Source: Alphaproteobacteria bacterium (GTDB lineage Bacteria > Pseudomonadota > Alphaproteobacteria > MPNO01). Taken from it: 64,000 nt of DNA. Shown piece by piece: positions 57,117 through 64,000 of this stretch. A program made the translations under genes and the position numbers. The stretch spans positions 576,001 to 640,000 of the forward strand of contig CBDFLJ010000001.1 in assembly GCA_965248835.1 (NCBI GenBank). The letters are read 5' to 3'. The notes below the pieces were generated by a model, which searched no databases, was not told the DNA's origin, and saw only the letters and a list, made by a program, of their open reading frames with translations. How positions within the stretch are numbered: position 1 is the first letter of the stretch; every line of letters starts with the position of its first letter.

Positions 57117-58298
57117 TCATTCAGCGGCTGTCGTCGCGTCCGCCGGCACCGGCTCGCCCAGGGGCCGCAGCGCCGGCATCACCTCGTCGGCGAACAGCCT
57201 GAGGTTCTTCTCGGTCAGCGCGCGCGGCAGGGTGCCGAACTGCAGCATGGTCACCAAATTGCCGTAGCCCATCTCGTCGAACCGCTGGGCCAGGATCTCC
57301 TTTACGGTCTGCGGGCTGCCGCAGACGAACATGCCGTTGCCGGTCAGCGTCCGGTAGGACAGGAACTGCTCGCGGACCTTGAACTTGGTCTCCATGACAT
57401 AGCGGTAGGACGCCATCGAGGAGTAGCCCGGCGGCAGCTTGTACTCGGCCGGGGAGCGGACGAACTTGTTGAAGAACGCTTCGATATGGGGCGCGGCCTC
57501 CCGCGCGGCGATTTCGTCGGTCTCGGCGACATAGACCGGCAGCGCCCAGCCAAGCTGGCCGGGCTCGGCCTCGTAGCCGTATTCCCCGGCCTGACGGACA
57601 TAGGCATCGAGGTTGCGCTTGACCGCCTCGGCCGGGTTGAAGGTGATCAGGTAGGTGTAGCGCCGGTCGGGATGGGCGGCCCATTCGTAGGTCTCGCGCG
57701 AGCCCTGGGAGGGGATCCAGATCGGCGGGTGCGGCTCCTGGTAGGGCCTGGGCCACAGGTTGACGTAGTTGAACCGGTAGTGCTTGCCGTCGAAGGCGAA
57801 CGGCCCGGTCTCGGTCCAGGCGCGCACGATCAGGTCGTGCGCCTCGTGGAAGCGGGCGTGGCTGAAGGACGGGTTGGCCATCGAGGCGTGATACTCGGTC
57901 CCCAGCCCGCGCACGAAGCCGGCGATGAACCGGCCCCCGGTCAGGTTGTCGAGCATCGCGAACTCTTCGGCGATGGTCAGCGGGTTGTCGGTGATCGGCA
58001 GCGCGCGCCCCAACACGCAGACCTTGCCGTTCTTGATGCTGCGTGACAGCGCGCCCGCCAGGACGTTGGGCGCGGGCATCATGCCGTAGGCGGTCTGGTG
58101 GTGCTCGTTCACGCACACCCCGTCGAAGCCCAGCGCATCGGCGAGCTCGAGCTCGTCGAGATAGCGGTGATAGAGGCCGTGGCCGAGCCTGGGGTCGTAG
58201 TAGCTGTTGGGCAGTGTCAGGTAGGCCGCCTCGTAGTCCGCGTCGTAGTCGAGGTCGAGATGCGCGTACGGCATCAGGTGGAAGAAAAAGAACTTCAT
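57117..58298 (-). CDS. LLM class flavin-dependent oxidoreductase
   Basis: MKFFFFHLMPY, VNEHHQT, AEEFAMLDNLTGGR, PRPYQEPHPPIW, LFADEVMPAL. Confidence 0.9.
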   Translation of the reverse strand: MKFFFFHLMPYAHLDLDYDADYEAAYLTLPNSYYDPRLGHGLYHRYLDELELADALGFDGVCVNEHHQTAYGMMPAPNVLAGALSRSIKNGKVCVLGRALPITDNPLTIAEEFAMLDNLTGGRFIAGFVRGLGTEYHASMANPSFSHARFHEAHDLIVRAWTETGPFAFDGKHYRFNYVNLWPRPYQEPHPPIWIPSQGSRETYEWAAHPDRRYTYLITFNPAEAVKRNLDAYVRQAGEYGYEAEPGQLGWALPVYVAETDEIAAREAAPHIEAFFNKFVRSPAEYKLPPGYSSMASYRYVMETKFKVREQFLSYRTLTGNGMFVCGSPQTVKEILAQRFDEMGYGNLVTMLQFGTLPRALTEKNLRLFADEVMPALRPLGEPVPADATTAAE

Positions 58299-59080
58299 GA
58301 CGGGTTGCTTTCCACGATTTCCAGCACGCCGTCCAGGAACGCCTCGGTCTTCTCCTGGTGGGGCAGGTGGCCGCATTCCTCGATCACGCGCAGCCGGGCG
58401 CCGGGGATCAGGTCCTGGAACGCCTTGGCATAGGGCAGCGGGATGATCCTGTCCTCGGCCCCCCACAGGATCATCGTGGGGACGGCGATCCGGTGCAGCC
58501 ACTTGGGCAGGTCCGGATTGCAAAACCGCGGGTTCCAGGCGAGCCTGGCCGTCGTGAACAGGTTCTTGAGCGCGATGTCGGCCTCTTCCTCGCTCGGCGG
58601 CGCCGCCAGGCGCCGCTCCGCGATGGCCTGATCGAAGAACGTGTTGCGCACCCGCGCATCGGGCTTCCACAGGAAGATATCGCCCTTGGGAACCCCGGCG
58701 ACCTCGATCCCGGCAGGCGAGACCAGGGTGAGCGTGCGGAACCGCTTGGCATCGCGGACCGCGATCTCGCAGGCGAGCCAGCCGCCGAGCGAATTGCCGA
58801 CCACATGGACCTCGCCGGGGTCGAGCGCATCCAGCAGGTCGAGATAGAAATAGACCAGATCCGACATCGAATCGAGCCAATCGGGGGTGTCGGAGCGGCC
58901 GAACCCGGGGTGGCTCGGGACGATCACCGAGAAGCGCGTGGCCAGCCGGTCCATGAACGGCGCCCACGCCGCGGCCCCGCCGGCGCCGTGGAGGAACATG
59001 AGAGGCGGTCCCGCGCCGCCGCGCAGCAGTTCGATCCGGCAGCCGCGGATGTCGATCATCTCCGATATGTGCTCGCTCAT
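58295..59080 (-). CDS. Alpha/beta fold hydrolase
   Basis: FLHGAGG, HPGFGRS, GNSLGG nucleophile elbow, WGAEDRII, CGHLPH. Confidence 0.9.
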   Translation of the reverse strand: MSEHISEMIDIRGCRIELLRGGAGPPLMFLHGAGGAAAWAPFMDRLATRFSVIVPSHPGFGRSDTPDWLDSMSDLVYFYLDLLDALDPGEVHVVGNSLGGWLACEIAVRDAKRFRTLTLVSPAGIEVAGVPKGDIFLWKPDARVRNTFFDQAIAERRLAAPPSEEEADIALKNLFTTARLAWNPRFCNPDLPKWLHRIAVPTMILWGAEDRIIPLPYAKAFQDLIPGARLRVIEECGHLPHQEKTEAFLDGVLEIVESNPS

Positions 59081-59117
59081 GACGGACGATTGTTCGTCCC
59101 GCACGCGGCCGCGTCAA

Positions 59118-59987
59118 TCAGGCCGCGTCCGCGCCGTCATCGGGCAGCGCCGCTGCCTCGGCGAAGAACAGCCAGCGCTCGATCACCACGCCGGCGCTGG
59201 CGCTGAGCGCGGCGCCCACGCTCGCCGGGACCGCGATCGACGACGACGCCTCCATCGCCGCAAGCGCGCAGACCAGCGGCAGGGCGAACAGCAGAACGAA
59301 GGCATAGCGCCTGTGCTTCGCCGCATCCTTGCGCGCGATGCCAAATCCCGTCTCGCCGGCCGCGGACATCGCCGGGCCGGCGGTGGAGTCGATGAACCGC
59401 CAGTATTTGCGCTTCAGGTAGAAGGCAAGGAACAGCGCCAGCACGAGGACCATCGAGACGTCCGGGCTCGGCCGGCCGAACAGATTGACCAGCGCGTTCA
59501 GCCACAGCGTCCCGGTGAGCAGCGCCAGCGCCAGGAAGTTGGGCACGACCCAGCGGTTGCACCAGGCGGGTACCGGCGTGCACGCGGCGTAGATCATGCC
59601 GGTGGCATGGACCGTCAGCCCGCAGAACACGGTGGTGGCCAGTCCGAACAGCCGAAAGACGCCGTCGGTCTGGCCGTAGAAGACCCAACCGACGGCGAAG
59701 CCGACGGCGGGCACGTAGGCCGCGCCGGCCAGCACGCCCACGCGCGCCGGCCACCGCGTGGGCCATTGCGACCCGGCCATGACCGCGCGTCCGGTCCGGC
59801 CGGGGCGGAAGGGCGCGCACAACAGGCCGAAGCTCACCGCGCCCAGCGCCAGCACGACGGCGGTGCCCGCGAACCCGCGCCCGGCGGGCAGGATGCCGGC
59901 CGATGCGAGCAGGCCCAGCATGGCCAGCAGGCCGTAGCCGGCGCCCGACGCGATGGTGAAGAAGATCACCGGATAGGCCGGATGCAC
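59118..59987 (-). CDS. DmsC/YnfH/SoeC-like molybdoenzyme membrane anchor, divergent orphan
   Basis: GTG start after GGAG; HPAYPVIFFTIASGAGYG, TGMIYA, GFGIARK, ERWLFFAEA; internal conserved motifs altered. Confidence 0.75.
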   Translation of the reverse strand: MHPAYPVIFFTIASGAGYGLLAMLGLLASAGILPAGRGFAGTAVVLALGAVSFGLLCAPFRPGRTGRAVMAGSQWPTRWPARVGVLAGAAYVPAVGFAVGWVFYGQTDGVFRLFGLATTVFCGLTVHATGMIYAACTPVPAWCNRWVVPNFLALALLTGTLWLNALVNLFGRPSPDVSMVLVLALFLAFYLKRKYWRFIDSTAGPAMSAAGETGFGIARKDAAKHRRYAFVLLFALPLVCALAAMEASSSIAVPASVGAALSASAGVVIERWLFFAEAAALPDDGADAA

Positions 59988-60137
59988 CGATCCGCTCCCA
60001 TGGCTTGTCCGGGACATGCTCTAGGCTGCCGGCCGCACGAGGTCAATTCGGCACAAGGTTGCGAATTGCGAATCCAACGAGCCGATCGTTTACAGTAATA
60101 TTTTCCCGCTGGAGACCGTTTTGGCCGAGGAAATTCC

Positions 60138-61001
60138 ATGAACCCGCGCGTCGATGCATTCTTCGACCCGGCGACCAGCACGGTCTCCTATGTCGTGGCC
60201 GACCGGGGCGCGGGCCGCGCGGCGGTCATCGATCCGGTTCTGGACTTCGATCCGGCTTCCGGACGGACCGGCACCGATTCGGCCGACCGGCTGATCGCGG
60301 CGATCGAACGGGCGGGCCTCGCGCTGGAGTGGATCATCGAAACCCACGTTCATGCCGATCACATCACCGCCGCGCCGTATGTGCAACAAAGGCTCGGCGG
60401 GCGCATCGGCATCAGCGCAGGCGTGATCGCCGTGCAACGCCATTTCGGCGCGCTGTTCAATTTCGAAGACGGGTTTTCGGCCGACGGATCGCAGTTCGAC
60501 CACCTGTTCGCCGACGGCGAAACCTTCCCCCTGGGCGGAATCGAAGTCCGGGTGATGCACACCCCGGGTCATACCCCGGCGTGCGCCTGCTACGTCTTCG
60601 GCGATGCGGGCTTTGTCGGCGATACCCTGTTCATGCCCGACTCGGGCACCGCGCGGTGCGATTTCCCGGGCGGCTGCGCCGAACGGCTGTACGGATCGTT
60701 GCGCCGGATCCTGTCGCTGCCGCCGGACACCCGGTTGTTCATGTGCCACGACTACGGCGCGGGCGGGACGCGCGAATATGCCTGGCAAAGCACGGTGGCA
60801 GAACAGCGCAGCGCCAATATCCACTGCCGCGATGGCATCAGCCGCGAGGACTATGTCGCCATGCGCCGGGCGCGCGATGCGCGGCTCGCGATGCCGCGCC
60901 TGATCGTCCCCGCGGTCCAGGTCAACATCCGCGGCGGCCGCTTCCCGCCGGCCGAGGCCAACGGCACAAGCTATCTGAAGATCCCGCTCGACGTCCTGTA
61001 G
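60138..61001 (+). CDS. MBL-fold persulfide dioxygenase (Blh/ETHE1/Sdo-like)
   Basis: IDPVLDF, ETHVHADH, TPGHTPAC, GDTLFMPD.GTARCDFPGG, MCHDY, YLKIPL. Confidence 0.88.
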   Translation: MNPRVDAFFDPATSTVSYVVADRGAGRAAVIDPVLDFDPASGRTGTDSADRLIAAIERAGLALEWIIETHVHADHITAAPYVQQRLGGRIGISAGVIAVQRHFGALFNFEDGFSADGSQFDHLFADGETFPLGGIEVRVMHTPGHTPACACYVFGDAGFVGDTLFMPDSGTARCDFPGGCAERLYGSLRRILSLPPDTRLFMCHDYGAGGTREYAWQSTVAEQRSANIHCRDGISREDYVAMRRARDARLAMPRLIVPAVQVNIRGGRFPPAEANGTSYLKIPLDVL

Positions 61002-61084
61002 CATTGGCCCGGAACACGCGCCGGCCGGCGACGTTTCGCTTTGCGCCGGCTATAGTGGGCGGGTCCGACTGGGAGTTGACGGCG

Positions 61085-62014
61085 ATGACCACGCTTCTTC
61101 TGCATCACGAGAGCTCGGCCAGGCACGACACCGGTCGGGGCCATCCTGAGCGGCCGGGGCGAATCGAGGCGGTGATGCGCGCCCTTGCCGAGGAGCCGTT
61201 CGCGGCGCTCGTCCGCCGCGAGGCGCCCGCGGCGAGCCCCGACCAGCTTGCCCGCGCCCATCCGGCCGCCTTCGTCGAGGCGCTGCTGGATGCGATCCCC
61301 GAAGAAGGGCTTGCCCGGATCGACGCCGACACGGTCGTCTCGCCGGATTCGGGCGAGGCCTCGATCCGGGCCGCCGGTGCGATCGTGGCCGCGATCGATG
61401 CGGTCTTCGCGGGCGAGGCGCACAACGCCTTCTGCGCCGTCCGCCCGCCGGGTCACCATGCCGAGCCCATGCGCAGCATGGGTTTCTGCCTGTTCAACAA
61501 CGTCGCCGTGGGCGCTTTCCACGCGCGCGCCGCCCACGGCGCGGAACGGATCGCGGTGGTCGATTTCGACGTCCACCACGGCAACGGCACCCAGGCGATG
61601 TTCGAGGCCGACCCCAACCTGTTCTTCGCCTCCACCCACGAGTTCCCGCTCTACCCCGGGACCGGGCGGGCGGAGGAAACCGGGCTCGGCAACATCGTCA
61701 ACGTGCCGCTGCGCGGCGGCTCGGGCTCGGCGGAATTCCGCGCCGGGATGGAGCGGGCGATCCTGCCGGCGCTCGCCGCCTTCAAGCCCGACCTGATTCT
61801 CGTCTCCGCCGGCTTCGATGCCCACGCCGAGGATCCGCTGGCGTCCTTGCAGCTCCGTGAGGCGGACTATGCCTGGGTCACGCGGCGGCTTTGCGGGCTG
61901 GCCGAGGAGCTGTGTGCCGGACGCATCGTCGCCACGCTCGAAGGCGGCTACGACCTCGACGCGCTGGCCGCAAGCGTCAGCGCCCATGTCGCGGAATTGA
62001 TGGAGGCGGCGTGA
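61085..62014 (+). CDS. Histone deacetylase family (acetoin utilisation / acetylpolyamine amidohydrolase-like) protein
   Basis: HPERPGR, RPPGHHA, GFCLFNN, DFDVHHGNGTQ, SAGFDAH..DPL, LEGGY. Confidence 0.93.
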   Translation: MTTLLLHHESSARHDTGRGHPERPGRIEAVMRALAEEPFAALVRREAPAASPDQLARAHPAAFVEALLDAIPEEGLARIDADTVVSPDSGEASIRAAGAIVAAIDAVFAGEAHNAFCAVRPPGHHAEPMRSMGFCLFNNVAVGAFHARAAHGAERIAVVDFDVHHGNGTQAMFEADPNLFFASTHEFPLYPGTGRAEETGLGNIVNVPLRGGSGSAEFRAGMERAILPALAAFKPDLILVSAGFDAHAEDPLASLQLREADYAWVTRRLCGLAEELCAGRIVATLEGGYDLDALAASVSAHVAELMEAA

Positions 62015-62026
62015 CACGCCGCCGAG

Positions 62027-62455
62027 TGTCGCCAGCAACCGGAATTGTCGGTTTTGTAGCACATCGATTGTCCGCTTCCGTCGAGGTTGCCGGCCCTGCG
62101 GGGCTCGGCCGGAAGTACCGCCTCATCCATCGTGACCGCCGCGAGCGGCCGCTTGGCGTCGTCCCTGCGCCGCGCCGCTTCAGCGGCCCCGCAAGGGTTA
62201 CGCCATGCTTTACGCGGCGAAAGCCGTGCGCGGCCGGTTTTTGGGGAGTTCTTGCGCATAATCGCTTATATGCCGGCGGCGCCGCGAACGCCCGCCGACG
62301 GCCTGTGTCACGGCGATGCCCCGGCACATAGGGAAACTTCTGCATCCTGCGTTCCGCCAGCCATGCCGTCCGGGTCATCACTGCGCTTCTCTCTGAGACA
62401 TCTAACCGGACAACGCGTGTGCTCGCTGAACCGGACAGATCACGTGTTGGCGGCA
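62027..62455 (-). mobile_element. 429-bp internally deleted insertion sequence / MITE (IS481/ISNCY-like)
   Basis: About 50-bp imperfect terminal inverted repeats starting TGT/TGC with internal TGTCCG repeats; residual transposase-like N-terminus MTRTAWLAERRMQKF at 62378-62334. Confidence 0.7.
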
Positions 62456-62472
62456 CGTGTGCCGCCGCCCGG

Positions 62473-62501
62473 TTGCCGAGCCCAAACAGTCCCTCTAGTG
62501 T
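62473..62501 (+). promoter_or_regulatory. Putative sigma70 promoter of xseB
   Basis: TTGCCG (62473-62478), 17-nt spacer, TAGTGT (62496-62501). Confidence 0.5.
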
Positions 62502-62524
62502 CTCGGGACAGCGGGAAAGATGGA

Positions 62525-62779
62525 ATGGCGGAAGCCGACACGAGCGCGCCCGAGATTTCGGGCCTTTCATTCGAAGACGCCCTGGCGGAGCTCGAAACGA
62601 TCGTCCGCCGGTTGGAGGAAGGCGGCGGCAAGCTCGACGACGCGATCGGCGCCTATGAACGCGGCATCGCGCTGAAAAAGCATTGCGAGGCCAAGCTGAG
62701 CGAGGCAAAGGCAAAGGTCGACAAGATCGCTTTCGACGACACCGGTGCGGTCGGCCTGGAGCCCGCCGGCCTCGAGTGA
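62525..62779 (+). CDS. xseB: Exodeoxyribonuclease VII small subunit
   Basis: LSFEDALAELETIVRRLE.G...LDDAI.AYERG..LKKHCEAKL.EA. Confidence 0.95.
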   Translation: MAEADTSAPEISGLSFEDALAELETIVRRLEEGGGKLDDAIGAYERGIALKKHCEAKLSEAKAKVDKIAFDDTGAVGLEPAGLE

Positions 62780-62817
62780 GGTCCTGATCGAACCCCGCCT
62801 GGCCGAATCGATCGCCG

Positions 62818-63594
62818 ATGACGCCGCAGCAAAGCCGAAACGGGCCTAGCCGGCCGGGCGCCAAACAGCGCCTGGATTGGCTTGTCGAGGCCCGCGGGCT
62901 CGCGCCGAGCCGGACCCGGGCCCAGGCACTGATCCGCGCGGGCAAGGTGTTCTCCGCCGGCATGCGGCTCGACAAGCCCGGCCACCTGGTGCCCGCCGAT
63001 ATCGCGCTCGAAGTGCGCGGGCCGGCCCATCGGTGGGCGTCCCGCGGCGGGGTGAAGCTTGCCCACGCGCTCGATCACTTCGCAATCGCGGTCACCGGCT
63101 GCACCGCGCTCGATATCGGCGCCTCGACCGGCGGGTTCACCGACGTCCTGCTGGCGCGCGGCGCGGCCAAAGTCTACGCGGTCGATGTCGGCCGCGGCCA
63201 GCTCGACTGGCGGCTGCGCCAGGATCCGCGGGTGGTGGTGCTGGAACGCCTCAACGCGCGCCGTCTGAGCACCGCCCACATCCCCGAACCACCCGGGATC
63301 ATCACCTGCGACGTCAGCTTCATCGGGCTCGAGCTCGCCCTGCCGCCGGCGCTGACGCTCGCCGCACCCGGCGCCCGGCTGATCGCCCTGATCAAGCCCC
63401 AGTTCGAGGTCGGCAGGTCCGAGGTCGGCAAGGGCGGCATCGTCCGCGACGAAGCCGCGCGCGCGGCGGCGTGCGCCCGCATCGCGGCCTGGCTCGACAG
63501 CCGGCCGGGCTGGCGGACGGTGGGGCTGACCGAAAGCCCGATCACCGGCGCGGACGGCAACCGCGAGTACCTGATCGCCGGCTGCAAGGCATGA
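62818..63594 (+). CDS. tlyA: TlyA family rRNA (cytidine-2'-O)-methyltransferase
   Basis: S4-like RLD...GL..SR..A, SRGGVKL, LDIGASTGGFTDVLL, DVSFI, LIKPQFE, SPITGADGNREYL. Confidence 0.95.
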   Translation: MTPQQSRNGPSRPGAKQRLDWLVEARGLAPSRTRAQALIRAGKVFSAGMRLDKPGHLVPADIALEVRGPAHRWASRGGVKLAHALDHFAIAVTGCTALDIGASTGGFTDVLLARGAAKVYAVDVGRGQLDWRLRQDPRVVVLERLNARRLSTAHIPEPPGIITCDVSFIGLELALPPALTLAAPGARLIALIKPQFEVGRSEVGKGGIVRDEAARAAACARIAAWLDSRPGWRTVGLTESPITGADGNREYLIAGCKA

Positions 63595-63635
63595 CGCCGA
63601 AGACCCCTTGCGGACCGGCGCGCCCCGAACACGGC

Positions 63636-64000
63636 CTATCCGCATTGGGCACGGTGCAGGAGCAGGTGATCGGCAAGGACGCAGGCCATCATCGCCTCGC
63701 CCACCGGCACGGCGCGGATGCCGACGCAGGGATCATGCCGGCCGCGGGTCGCGATCTCGGTGTTCTCGCCCCCGGTGGTGATCGTCCGCCGCTTGGTGAG
63801 AATCGAGCTCGTCGGCTTGACCGCAAAGCGGACCAGGATCTCCTGGCCGGTCGAGATCCCGCCCAGGATCCCGCCGGCATTGTTGGACAGGAACGCAGGC
63901 TTGCCGCCGCGCATCCGCATCTCGTCGGCATTCGCCTCGCCCGACAGCCCGGCCGCGGCGAAGCCGGCGCCGATCTCCACGCCCTTGACCGCGTTGATGC
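63636..64000 (-). CDS. aroC: Chorismate synthase, 3' part only
   Basis: [40 protein letters not shown]. Confidence 0.95.
   Translation of the reverse strand, partial: INAVKGVEIGAGFAAAGLSGEANADEMRMRGGKPAFLSNNAGGILGGISTGQEILVRFAVKPTSSILTKRRTITTGGENTEIATRGRHDPCVGIRAVPVGEAMMACVLADHLLLHRAQCG

Overview
High-GC (roughly 70%) bacterial DNA, probably alphaproteobacterial, judged from the HDAC-xseB-tlyA-aroC neighbourhood, a DUF1194 gene and the promoter style. About 60 kb is a dense patchwork of catabolic enzymes: flavin monooxygenases, Rieske oxygenases, molybdenum hydroxylases, UbiD decarboxylases, a cyclohexanecarboxylate-type beta-oxidation operon, CoA transferases, amidohydrolases, two MetE-like Zn enzymes and a TRAP/TAXI transporter. 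I recognised no transcription regulator, and most enzymes lack their usual partner subunits. The strongest finding is a glutathione S-transferase whose true start is at 22980. It has an in-frame TGA (23016-23018) exactly at the catalytic Cys of the CPWV motif, an intact promoter and RBS, and a downstream SECIS-like hairpin, so it is very probably a selenoprotein missed by the ORF caller. Other highlights: a three-gene cobalt thiocyanate-hydrolase-type (scnBAC-like) unit behind a MetE-like gene; a heme-oxygenase-fold protein with an altered ligand set heading a Mo-hydroxylase/VOC/amidase operon; probable CTG and ATC start codons in one operon; a 429-bp internally deleted IS (MITE-like) before xseB; a degenerate orphan SoeC/DmsC; no ispA-dxs between xseB and tlyA; and a highly structured intergenic region at about 53.2-53.7 kb. 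All family calls come from motif recognition by eye; no database search was run.
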